In this document: positions 45,623 through 54,113 of the stretch, in pieces
How positions within the stretch are numbered: position 1 is the stretch's first letter
Layout of the letters: the number at the start of each line of letters is the position of its first letter
Assembly: GCA_031400935.1 (NCBI GenBank)
Contig: JANNQV010000035.1
Span: 1-64,000, forward strand
Length of the DNA stretch: 64,000 nt
Source of the DNA: Armatimonadota bacterium
GTDB taxonomy: Bacteria; Armatimonadota; Fimbriimonadia; Fimbriimonadales; Fimbriimonadaceae
Direction: 5' to 3'
Program-made: the position numbers and the translations under genes
Notes under the pieces: generated by a model
The model's input: only the letters and a program-made list of their open reading frames with translations
What the model was told of the DNA's origin: nothing
Databases searched by the model: none

Positions 45623-47655
45623 TCAAGCCAAACCAGCAAGACCCTTTTCGGACCATGGACGCCATGAATTAGGATGCCTTCTATATCTGCCGTACGACTA
45701 GGACCTGAGATGATTACGGAAGTTCGTCCATGCATGAGGGGAACGGCTTCGTCAAGCGAAGGCACTACTTGATCTTTTGAAGCGAGAACGACATGGATTG
45801 CCGGGGCGAGAGAGGTCATGCGCGATCTAGTTGTTGGTTGTTGGTTGTCGGAGATGCCTTCTTGACAGGATGAATCCTGTCCTACGCATGGTCCAGCGGA
45901 AACCACGATGCTCCCCGTCTCAGCAATGAGCGCTATTGCGGTAGTGACTCCGATGCCCGCCGCCCATATGTCATCCGTTTCCTTGATCCCTCCCAGTTTG
46001 AGAAGTGGCTTTGCGTCTCCGTCAATCAGCCATTTTTTGTCCAAAAGTTCAATGAGGTCATCGAACTCGACAATCTCGCATCCGAGTTGGGAGAAGCGAT
46101 CTTGGAAATTTTGGATTGTGGATTGGGGAGTGTGTCCATTTTGGATTTTTGGTTGTGGATTGGGTCCATTTTGGATTGTGGATTGTGGATTTTGGATTGG
46201 GGAATACGGATTTTGGATTGTGGATTGTGAATTGGGGATTGCCGAGACTGATTCAGTCGAATCCGAGCCAACCCGAACGAACACGGACGAATCCGAACCA
46301 GAATGCCCCTTCCACCACATCCGAAAATCCCTCCCTTCCCGACTTGGCAACCCATGCGATTCCGCCCAACCACGTTGCGACTCGACCGGAACATGGACTG
46401 CCATTGGAAGCATTTTCAAGCCTGCTTTCCAAACGAAAGGGTTTGAAGCAACAGCCTTGAATCCATCGAATTTGGGCTCTCCTAAGAGCTTTTGCCGCTC
46501 CATGCGAAGGCGCAGAAGCATGTCGGGGATCGGAATCGCAACTGGGCAAACCTCTTCGCAAGCCCCACAAAGCGTTGAAGCATCGGCGAGGTCGCCCATC
46601 GCCTCAATTCCATCCAATGCGGGCGCTAAAACCGCTCCTACCGGCCCCGAATACACATGCTCGTAGGCATGTCCTGACGAAGCACGATAGACTGGGCAAG
46701 CATTCAGGCACGCACCGCATCGAATGCACCTGAGAATGCTTCGATACGGCCCTTCGAGGACTTTCGATCTGCCGTTGTCGAGGAGAACGATATGAACTTC
46801 CTCGGGGCCATCAAGCTCATCACCTTTGCGCGGCCCCGAAATGAAATGGGTGTAAGTTGTGATCTGCTGTCCCGTGCTACTGGAGGCGAGAAGCCTGAGA
46901 AAGAGTGGCAAATCTGACTCTCTTGCAAGCAGCTTTTCAATTCCCATAACCGCAATATGAATTCGCGGCGCGGTGGTCGAAAGGCGGTTGTTTCCTTCGT
47001 TTTCGACGATTATCAAGCGCCCAGTTTCACAGATTGCAAAATTCACGCCTGAGATTCCGACCTCTGCTTTTTGAAATTTGGCCCGGAGGTATTCGCGGGC
47101 CTGGAGAGCCAATTCGCCCGCATCATCGGTTCTTGGACCGATGTTGTTTTTGGCAAAGGTTTCGGCGACTTCCACTCGCGATTTATGAATTATCGGGGCT
47201 ACGATATGGCTCGGTGTGTCGCCATCTAGCTGGATGACGAATTCGCCTAAATCGGTCTCGACAACATCGTATCCAGCATCAATTAGGGCTGAATTTAGGT
47301 GAATTTCCTCCGTCGCCATGGATTTGCCTTTGACGATCGTGGCGCACTGACTAGCAGATTTTTCGAGAATTCCTAGAATGATCGCTTGCGCTTCACTTGT
47401 ATTCGCTGCATGATGAATTTGACTTCCATATGCCTTTGCGTTTTTCTCAAAATCAGCTAAGTAATGAGCATGGTTGTCGAGGACTTCATCTTTAAGGGCA
47501 GCGGCGGCATGGCGGGCATCGTGAAGCTGGTCTCCCCAGATTTCGTCCAGTTTTCGAACGCGTGCGGCAACAACATTTGCGGTTGCTTTGCGAACATACC
47601 GAATCGTTTGAGAAGAGGATGTTGCGCTGTTTTGGTTGACGCGGCTAGATTTCAT
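45619..47655 (-). CDS. lutB: LutB-LutC fusion (L-lactate utilisation Fe-S/LUD protein)
   Basis: KSMATEEI, ETDLGE, CIRCGACLNACP, STLCGACEEVCP, then a LutC domain (AETGSIV, ISGPSRTADIE, GVHGP); ATGA overlap with lutA. Confidence 0.92.
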   Translation of the reverse strand: MKSSRVNQNSATSSSQTIRYVRKATANVVAARVRKLDEIWGDQLHDARHAAAALKDEVLDNHAHYLADFEKNAKAYGSQIHHAANTSEAQAIILGILEKSASQCATIVKGKSMATEEIHLNSALIDAGYDVVETDLGEFVIQLDGDTPSHIVAPIIHKSRVEVAETFAKNNIGPRTDDAGELALQAREYLRAKFQKAEVGISGVNFAICETGRLIIVENEGNNRLSTTAPRIHIAVMGIEKLLARESDLPLFLRLLASSSTGQQITTYTHFISGPRKGDELDGPEEVHIVLLDNGRSKVLEGPYRSILRCIRCGACLNACPVYRASSGHAYEHVYSGPVGAVLAPALDGIEAMGDLADASTLCGACEEVCPVAIPIPDMLLRLRMERQKLLGEPKFDGFKAVASNPFVWKAGLKMLPMAVHVPVESQRGWAESHGLPSREGRDFRMWWKGHSGSDSSVFVRVGSDSTESVSAIPNSQSTIQNPYSPIQNPQSTIQNGPNPQPKIQNGHTPQSTIQNFQDRFSQLGCEIVEFDDLIELLDKKWLIDGDAKPLLKLGGIKETDDIWAAGIGVTTAIALIAETGSIVVSAGPCVGQDSSCQEGISDNQQPTTRSRMTSLAPAIHVVLASKDQVVPSLDEAVPLMHGRTSVIISGPSRTADIEGILIHGVHGPKRVLLVWLD
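46107..46300. repeat. Heptamer (GGATTGT/GGATTTT) and decamer arrays forming the LutB-LutC linker
   Basis: More than 15 degenerate heptamers; encode QSTIQNP repeats. Confidence 0.9.
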
Positions 47656-48551
47656 GAGTGCCCGGAACTCCCACCCCAACCCCTCCCTCTTCCTCGTTCC
47701 TCGGAAAAGGGAGGGGCTAATGCGTCCGCCAAAATCTGCGCATAATGCTTCACTTTTAGTGGCTCGTTTTGCGCCGTAGCCAAAGTTTGCAAGTGCATAA
47801 GGCAACCCATGTCGCCGCTGACAATTTCGACATTTCCAAGCGAGCGGAATGTCGAAAGTTTTTGCAAACCAATGCTCTCGCTCAAGTGCGGCTGCTTCAC
47901 TGAAAACATCCCACCAAATCCGCAGCACTGTTCAGGAAATTCGGGTTCAAGAATTTCCAAACCGGGGACGAGTTGGAGCAGCTTCTTTTGCTTGTCTCCC
48001 AGCCCGATCATGCGTCCGTGGCAACTCTGATGAAAGATGATTTTTCTTTGGTTGGGAGCAGAATTTCCTCGCACTGGCCACTGATTGATTTTAAGAACGT
48101 CGAGGAGGAATTCGGAGAGTTCGTAAACTTGCTGCTGGGAATGGCTGGGGATGGCTGTGAGTTGCTGGGATTGGTTTGGATTCGTTTGGGTTTGCTTGTG
48201 TTCACAATCCACAATCCCCAATCCACAATCCACAATTCCGGTTCCGGTCTCCGCTCTCCGCACTCCCCACTCAGCACTCTCCATCAGCCCCGCCCCATGC
48301 CTCAGCATCGCGGCGCAACTAGCACTTGGAACCACGATTGGAATCATTGGATCGAATATTTCCCTGACCCGACTCGCTAGTTTTTGTGCGGCACCCCAAT
48401 CGCCTGAATTGAAAGCAGGCTGCCCGCAACAGGTTTGGTCTTTCGGGAAGATAACCTCAACGCCGCAATGCTCGAGAACCTGCACCGTTGCGATTCCCGC
48501 CTCTCCATAAAAGGCATCGCAAAGGCACGTGAGCATCAGTTGGGCTTTCAT
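47652..48551 (-). CDS. lutA: LutA (CCG-domain Fe-S protein)
   Basis: TCLCD, QTCCGQPAFNSG, SASCAAM, HQSCH, CCGFGGMFSVK, DMGCLMHL. Confidence 0.93.
   Translation of the reverse strand: MKAQLMLTCLCDAFYGEAGIATVQVLEHCGVEVIFPKDQTCCGQPAFNSGDWGAAQKLASRVREIFDPMIPIVVPSASCAAMLRHGAGLMESAEWGVRRAETGTGIVDCGLGIVDCEHKQTQTNPNQSQQLTAIPSHSQQQVYELSEFLLDVLKINQWPVRGNSAPNQRKIIFHQSCHGRMIGLGDKQKKLLQLVPGLEILEPEFPEQCCGFGGMFSVKQPHLSESIGLQKLSTFRSLGNVEIVSGDMGCLMHLQTLATAQNEPLKVKHYAQILADALAPPFSEERGRGRGWGGSSGHS
47668..47719 (+). repeat. Family C element, copy 2 (encodes the LutA C-terminal tail)
   Basis: CTCCCACCCCAACCCCTCCCTCTTCCTCGTTCCTCGGAAAAGGGAGGGGCTAA. Confidence 0.8.
48131..48282. repeat. Decamer plus heptamer arrays inserted in frame in lutA
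   Basis: GCTGGGA(A/T)TG x4, CACAATC x5, CTCCGC(A/T) x4 (degenerate). Confidence 0.9.
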
Positions 48552-49906
48552 AGCTGGGGCAAATACTCCTCTACTATGGTCGTTTTAAATCGTTCCAAGG
48601 CACCGGTCTCCCAACAGTTAATATCCCACCAAAAGGTGAATTGGGTAGCAAGGTTTCCTAATACTGTAGCTTCATTTGGAGCTACTCGAACTGGCACGTT
48701 CGCAACGTTTGCCAACAATTGGCAGAGCTTCCTGCACTTAGATCCGCCTCCGGCGATTCGTATTTCCCATGCACCGAGAAGTCTCGCTCGTTCGGTAATT
48801 GTCTCGACGAGGCTCCAAAGTCCGATTCCCGCCCATTCTTCTGGAGAGAAATCTGACTTACCAATCTGCTTGGCTACGGCATCGAGCATGGATTCTGGAG
48901 CGTAGAACTCAGGATCGAAAACATTGATTCGCTCGTTCCGCGAAAGGTCAGCAGACTCAAGCCATTCGCCAACCGAAATTTCCAAATTCAAATCGTTGTG
49001 AATGCCATTGAGAATGAAGAAGCCCGGAATGTTGGTCAACAAGCGAATGTCGTTCCATGGCGTCCGTTCGTTGGTCAGATTGTTTTCTTCAGCCCATGTG
49101 GTGTGGTCGGGATCGTCTTTTACTTTTCCAACAAGTGCCCACGTTCCCAAGTTCACAAAAACAATCTTCTTGTCGCGTTCGTATCGAAGTCCCATTCCCT
49201 CTACAGCGCAAGCCGTGTCATGGCCGCCGACCCGAGTTAGTCGGACTCCATCAATTTCTCCTGCGACATTTGGCTTTGTTATCGGGAGCTGGGGCATTGG
49301 CAAGCCGAAACGATCAAACACCTTTGGGTTCCATTCGCCTTTGTTATTTGTTAGTTGGGTAGTCGTAGCAATGCTACGCTCATAGCCAGGCTCGCCTCCG
49401 AGGAGGTAGAGGAGAAGGTCGGGCAGGAGGAGCCACTTGTATCCTTCCCTGAAGAGTTCGGGCTGCTCTTCCTTCCTCGCCAAAAGCTGATAGATTGTAT
49501 TGAAGGGCTGATGCTGAATCCCGGTTTGCGCATACAGCCACGGCCGGTGCTCCTTCATTTTTTCAAACATCGCAACGTGCGAATGGTCTCGGTAACAAAT
49601 CGGCGGCTGAATCAGTTTTCCATCTGGCCCGATAAAGCCGTGGTCTACACCCCATGTATCAATTCCAATGGATTCGGCTCCGTTTTCTTTTGCGAATTTG
49701 AGGGCTTTCTGGCAAAACGAAAGCAGGAGGTCTATGTCCCAAACCTCGTGTCCGTTCCATTCGAGGGGCGAGTGGGGGACTTGTTCGATGATTTGGAAGT
49801 TGATTTTGGATTTTGGATTTTGGATTTTGGATTCAGAATTTAGTTCGCCAAGCGCAAACCGAGCCGAAGAAGCTCCTAGGTCTATGGCAACGGCTCGGCA
49901 AGGCAT
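48548..49906 (-). CDS. rhaB: Rhamnulokinase-like FGGY carbohydrate kinase
   Basis: AIDLGASSAR, SIGIDTWGVD, PICYRD, TGIQHQPFNTIYQL, GHDTACAV, EATVLGN. Confidence 0.85.
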   Translation of the reverse strand: MPCRAVAIDLGASSARFALGELNSESKIQNPKSKINFQIIEQVPHSPLEWNGHEVWDIDLLLSFCQKALKFAKENGAESIGIDTWGVDHGFIGPDGKLIQPPICYRDHSHVAMFEKMKEHRPWLYAQTGIQHQPFNTIYQLLARKEEQPELFREGYKWLLLPDLLLYLLGGEPGYERSIATTTQLTNNKGEWNPKVFDRFGLPMPQLPITKPNVAGEIDGVRLTRVGGHDTACAVEGMGLRYERDKKIVFVNLGTWALVGKVKDDPDHTTWAEENNLTNERTPWNDIRLLTNIPGFFILNGIHNDLNLEISVGEWLESADLSRNERINVFDPEFYAPESMLDAVAKQIGKSDFSPEEWAGIGLWSLVETITERARLLGAWEIRIAGGGSKCRKLCQLLANVANVPVRVAPNEATVLGNLATQFTFWWDINCWETGALERFKTTIVEEYLPQL

Positions 49907-49955
49907 ATTGCAAAACTTACCTTGAATTCAGCTAACTTCGGTGTACAATCGAATT

Positions 49956-50366
49956 GTGAGACAAGATTCACGAAGCGGGTGGTGGACTGCAATATTGTTC
50001 GGCGGAATTTGTACCGCAATCCATTACGGTGTCTTCTACCTTGTCAACTTGCTAGTTTACAAAGTGTCCCCAACTTTTAATGTTCTAACAGTTTTTCCGT
50101 TCGCTGTTGCTTTTCCGGATGTGATATCAAGGAAGACGACAGCCGAGCAACGGAAGGAAATGACAAAGTTAATGCTATGTTCGCTTCTTGGTATGTTCAT
50201 CGTGTCGGCATTTTCCGGTGCTGAACTAGCTTTTGACAATATCTGGATCGGCATCTTTGGAAACTGGACAGGGTGCGCAGTAGCGTATTCCTACATTCCA
50301 CCATCGTTGTTGAACAACGGAGCAATCAACTCGTCCGAAGAACGACCGCCAACTGCAAACCGCTGA
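49956..50366 (+). CDS. Hypothetical 4-TM membrane protein
   Basis: Hydrophobic ORF; TACAAT 6 nt before GTG at 49956. Confidence 0.65.
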   Translation: MRQDSRSGWWTAILFGGICTAIHYGVFYLVNLLVYKVSPTFNVLTVFPFAVAFPDVISRKTTAEQRKEMTKLMLCSLLGMFIVSAFSGAELAFDNIWIGIFGNWTGCAVAYSYIPPSLLNNGAINSSEERPPTANR

Positions 50367-50367
50367 C

Positions 50368-50444
50368 CGCTAACAACTGACAACCGACAACCAATCGAAG
50401 ATCCCGCCGAACGAAGAGAGGGAAACGAAGTCGGGACAACCAAC
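50368..50444. repeat. CAACCAA heptamers with the ~55-bp module (second copy)
   Basis: CAACCAATCGAAGATCCCGCCGAA...GGGAAACGAAGTCGGGACAACCAAC. Confidence 0.8.
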
Positions 50445-50923
50445 TAAAGCGCGTACTTCCACGGATCTTCTTTCGCCTTTTCTTTCAACTCTTCTAAAAC
50501 AACTGAAGAATTCCGAAGCCGCATCGAAAGCACCCTCGTAAGGTTCGCAAGCATGATGAAACCGGCATCTTTGTTGCCCGCCATGAAACGGCGAAGATCG
50601 TTTGCAGGAAGCTTGATGACCTTCGTAAGGCCACGGCAAACAACGTCCGCTGAACGAGGCTGGGCATCTACGAGCGCGATTTCTCCAATCAATGCGCCAG
50701 CGCCTATCGTTGCCAGTACGTCATCGCTGTCTGAAACTACGTCAACGGTTCCGTCCAGAATGACGTAAAGGTCGGCGCTGTGGTCTCCCTTCCGAATCAT
50801 AACGTCTCTAGCTGCAAACACTTCATAGGTGCCCAGCTCTGAAATTTCTTGGATTACCGAATCGGGCAAGCCGACAACGAGAAAGTTGTTTCGAAAGACG
50901 TCCATCTGTTCCATCTGAAACAT
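50444..50923 (-). CDS. Stand-alone cyclic nucleotide-binding domain protein
   Basis: LYVILDGTV, IGEIALVDAQPRSADV; no HTH. Confidence 0.92.
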   Translation of the reverse strand: MFQMEQMDVFRNNFLVVGLPDSVIQEISELGTYEVFAARDVMIRKGDHSADLYVILDGTVDVVSDSDDVLATIGAGALIGEIALVDAQPRSADVVCRGLTKVIKLPANDLRRFMAGNKDAGFIMLANLTRVLSMRLRNSSVVLEELKEKAKEDPWKYAL

Positions 50924-50974
50924 TGTGAACGATTTTTGGGAGTTCGCGGGCTTGACAGCTCTTCAACTCGTATT

Positions 50975-51008
50975 TCGTTACTCGTTATTCGCGAATAACG
51001 AGTAACGA
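50975..51008. repeat. Perfect 34-bp palindrome built from TCGTTA(C/T) heptamers
   Basis: TCGTTACTCGTTATTCG|CGAATAACGAGTAACGA. Confidence 0.9.
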
Positions 51009-51042
51009 GACTTCTGCGCGGTCCAGCCCGCGCACCCCCAAA

Positions 51043-51588
51043 TCAAGCAAACGGATACGCCGCTCGTTTTTGCGCCCGCAAGACCTCATAAGCCATGATT
51101 GCCGCTTCAATTTCTTCCATGTGTTCCCGAGCGTAAGCGATTGCCGAAGAAAGTTGCCCGGTGGTCATGCCGGGGAAAGATTCGGTCAAACGATCCAGAG
51201 AGCCAAGCTTGCGATACTCCCGGAGGACTTCCCAAACCGGAACCTGCGTATCTTCGACCATTGCGCCTCGATCCGATTCAACGATTTGAGCTTGAGAAAT
51301 AGCCCATGAAGCTTCGCGGTATTGCTCGACTCTTTCAGCTATTTCTTCTGCGGTTAAACCCAAGAAAGTTGCGGCATCAACCACGCGAAGTTCAGCTTGT
51401 TCAACTGCCGAAACAGCCAATTCAGCCCTTAATGCCGGATACATTGTCCAAACTGTATTGAGAATGGTTTCAAGCCTTTCCGGGTCAAACCGGGCTAGAC
51501 GCAGCAATTGCGAGAGTTGCCATGGTTCATATTTAGTCCAAAGATTGCCACCGATTTCTACTTTTTTCGCACTTTTCGTTTCTTTCAA
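51043..51588 (-). CDS. UPF0175-like + DUF433 fusion protein
   Basis: ELAVSAVEQAELRVVDAATFLGLT; VEDTQVPVWEVL...FPGMTTGQLSSAIAYAREHMEEIE. Confidence 0.75.
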   Translation of the reverse strand: MKETKSAKKVEIGGNLWTKYEPWQLSQLLRLARFDPERLETILNTVWTMYPALRAELAVSAVEQAELRVVDAATFLGLTAEEIAERVEQYREASWAISQAQIVESDRGAMVEDTQVPVWEVLREYRKLGSLDRLTESFPGMTTGQLSSAIAYAREHMEEIEAAIMAYEVLRAQKRAAYPFA

Positions 51589-51747
51589 GTTTCTAATCCT
51601 TTGACAGCAAGTTGTTTCAGAGCTATATCGCCTTTATGTTAATCGGCAAATGGGGACTTTTTTGAAGGTTCGTCCGTGATTCAATCAATTCGTCGTCGTA
51701 ATTCGTTCTAAATTGGGCTTGGGTTTGCTACAATCTGTATCAAGTCT

Positions 51748-52095
51748 ATGTTTGCCCTTAACTTTTATTCGGACCTCTACGGCGAAGTATTGAGGAATCA
51801 TCGCAAAACCTGTACGATTCGCTTGGGAAACAAAGGCGAAAAGTACCAAACCGGCATGATTGTCTGGGTTACAGTCGGTCCAAGATTCGGAAGAAGGCAA
51901 AAACTTTACTCGGCAATCATTGATCGTGTCGAAGTAAAACTGGTTTCCGAACTAAGTCCCAGGGACATTGAAAGAGAAGGGCCGGAACTTAGGAGTCACG
52001 ACGATGTGATCGAATTACTTTCTAGAATTTATGGCGACTTTGTGACGCCCCAACACACGATTACGGTCATCTATTTTTCCAGAGTTGACGAGTAG
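51748..52095 (+). CDS. ASCH domain protein
   Basis: LNFYS...RKTCTIRLG, VEVKLVSELS..DIEREG, LSRIYG...TVIYF. Confidence 0.88.
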   Translation: MFALNFYSDLYGEVLRNHRKTCTIRLGNKGEKYQTGMIVWVTVGPRFGRRQKLYSAIIDRVEVKLVSELSPRDIEREGPELRSHDDVIELLSRIYGDFVTPQHTITVIYFSRVDE

Positions 52096-52112
52096 TTCGC
52101 CCGGAGAAACTT

Positions 52113-52676
52113 TTGGACGTTGCAGCTCTGCCTTATAAGATTGGACAACTTGTCGAAGGCGAATGGATAGAATTTCGGCACTCCAATCGCTATTTTCCAG
52201 ACTCAAGCGAAGGCGAACTTGCCTTGAAGGTCGGTGCTAGCCGTCCTTTCGAGCTTTTCATGCTGCTTGCAAAAAACTTGACAGCACCTGTTTCGTTGCT
52301 TGTTGTCTATCACTCTCCGAGAACCGAGAGCGAGGCCGCAAGGTACCAATTCTCCGGCTTAGAAATTGGACAACTCCAAACTTTTCTTCATAAATACCGA
52401 GCCGCTTTTGATCGGGATTCGCGAGCCGATTTGTGGCTAGTTTCTGAAGATGGAAGCGTTCGAATTGGATGGGAGAAGCACGATCTGATTTATGTATTCG
52501 GTCAAATTGATCTTGTCCAAGAATCATTGATCAGTTTAGGATTTGAATCTGGTGATTCGGATCTTCCGTTTCCTCACACTCACCATTATCATGAGGAATT
52601 CGATTTTGACTTCCAAGCGATGTTAGGGGAATTTGACTGGACAAAATCGCCTCTTGAGCCTGGGGATGGGGATTAG
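52113..52676 (+). CDS. Hypothetical protein with a His-rich PHxHHYH motif
   Basis: 187 aa; RYQ, DSRADLW, HDLIYVFG, PHTHHYHEEFD. Confidence 0.7.
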   Translation: MDVAALPYKIGQLVEGEWIEFRHSNRYFPDSSEGELALKVGASRPFELFMLLAKNLTAPVSLLVVYHSPRTESEAARYQFSGLEIGQLQTFLHKYRAAFDRDSRADLWLVSEDGSVRIGWEKHDLIYVFGQIDLVQESLISLGFESGDSDLPFPHTHHYHEEFDFDFQAMLGEFDWTKSPLEPGDGD

Positions 52677-52840
52677 GCGGGGTTATCAGGTCATTGGGTG
52701 ATTGGGTCATTGGGTGTTTGTTGTTGGTTATCGGTTTTCGGTTCCAATATGTCCTAAGTCCCCCATAAGTCCAATATGTCTTATCAACCACAAGCCACGA
52801 CCGCGAACAACTAACAACCAACAACCGACACTAAGAACTT
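52677..52840. repeat. Mosaic of 7-, 8- and 9-mer tandem repeats with inverted flanks
   Basis: ATTGGGT(C/G) x3; TTGTTGG/CAACCAA; GTCCAATAT/GTCCTA units. Confidence 0.75.
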
Positions 52841-52864
52841 CCCCAAGATCAGCAATAATCACTC

Positions 52865-53839
52865 GTGCCCATTCTAGAAGTCAAAGACCTCATCCTCGAG
52901 ATTTCGGGAAACCGAATCTTGCATGGCATTGATTTGACTCTCGAAGAGGGCAAAACTCACGGCGTTGTCGGCGAATCGGGTTGCGGGAAATCAATGACCG
53001 GATTTGCGATCATGGGCATGCTGCCACCAGGAGGAAAAATTGTCTCAGGTTCGATTCAGCTTGAAGGAAGAGAACTAACCACGCTGCACAGAAGGGAATG
53101 GCCCCAAATTCGAGGAAGTCAGATTGCGCTGGTGATGCAAGACCCTTTTACAAGTTTGAACCCCATGATGCGGGTCGGAGATCAGATTGCTGAAGCGATT
53201 TGGCTCCATCGTAAAGTCAAAAGATCGCAGGCCAAAAAAGAGGCAATTGAACTGATTGATAAAGTCGGAGTGCCTTCTCCCGGAACTTCAGCGCGAAAAT
53301 ATCCGCATCAAATGTCAGGCGGGCAACGGCAAAGAATTGTTATTGCCATTGCATTTGCTTGTCGGCCAAAAGTGCTCATTGCAGATGAGCCAACTACAGC
53401 ACTCGATGTAACTCTGCAGGCTCAAATCCTGCGGCTTTTGGTTGATTTGCAAAGGGACGAAGGCACGGCCGTCATGCTGATTTCCCACGATATCGGAGTC
53501 ATCGGCGCGATGGCAGAGCGGATATCCGTGTTTTACGCTGGCGGAGTTGTCGAGTTGGGAACGGCAGAGCAGGTATTGCGCTCGCCCACGCACCCATACA
53601 CTCAAGCTCTCTTGGATGCGATGCCGCGAGTTGGACAGGAAGAACTGCGCTCCATTTCCGGCCAGCCGCCTGATTTGTCGAATCTGCCACCCGGTTGCCC
53701 ATTTGCTCCCCGGTGCGTTTCCAAATTTGAGAAATGCGAAGTGAAACCCGACCTAACGCGCGGTAAAGACGCGCATTCTTCCGCCTGTTGGCTCGTTCAA
53801 GACACGACGCGCGTTTCGTCCAAAGAAATTCCTTTCTAA
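52865..53839 (+). CDS. Oligopeptide/dipeptide ABC transporter ATP-binding protein (OppD/DppD)
   Basis: GESGCGKS, QDPFTSLNP, YPHQMSGGQRQR, ADEPTTALD, HPYT, GCPFAPRC. Confidence 0.95.
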   Translation: MPILEVKDLILEISGNRILHGIDLTLEEGKTHGVVGESGCGKSMTGFAIMGMLPPGGKIVSGSIQLEGRELTTLHRREWPQIRGSQIALVMQDPFTSLNPMMRVGDQIAEAIWLHRKVKRSQAKKEAIELIDKVGVPSPGTSARKYPHQMSGGQRQRIVIAIAFACRPKVLIADEPTTALDVTLQAQILRLLVDLQRDEGTAVMLISHDIGVIGAMAERISVFYAGGVVELGTAEQVLRSPTHPYTQALLDAMPRVGQEELRSISGQPPDLSNLPPGCPFAPRCVSKFEKCEVKPDLTRGKDAHSSACWLVQDTTRVSSKEIPF

Positions 53840-54113
53840 AATTGTATGCATTGAAGGAAATCGCTTTATGGAGCGCGGAGCCACTCGCACCACAGAACTC
53901 AGACAATTGCAGATAGAACTCCGCATCTCGGTCCGCGGAGCCGCTCTTACGCGAGTTTCCCGACAACCATTGTTTAAGCTCCGCAAAAGTGCGCTGTCCT
54001 ACTCGATTATCCAGTTTTTGAACCCAACGAACACCGCATTACGGATTCTGGAGACCTCGCTTCCGAGAATCCAAGAATCACCGTAGAACTCCAACTAAAG
54101 GTAAAGTCAACCC

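Noticed and set aside
45908..46666. 252-aa antisense ORF (also 33540-34184, 32547-33080, 57356-57940)
   Set aside because: Shadow frames of well-supported genes with no recognisable motifs.
47656..47928. Long N-terminal extensions in the ORF track (also from 3430, 5626, 16385, 28561, 58761, 60789)
   Set aside because: They overlap neighbouring genes, a tRNA or repeats; downstream starts fit family N-termini, ATGA coupling or -10 spacing.
46107..48282. CRISPR array
   Set aside because: Units are 7-10 bp, degenerate and contiguous, with no unique spacers; no cas genes in the window.
53840..54113. Purine, ZTP or PRPP riboswitch upstream of purM
   Set aside because: No conserved core motifs recognised, and a -10-like box 6 nt before the ATG suggests a leaderless gene. 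An Rfam scan would settle it.
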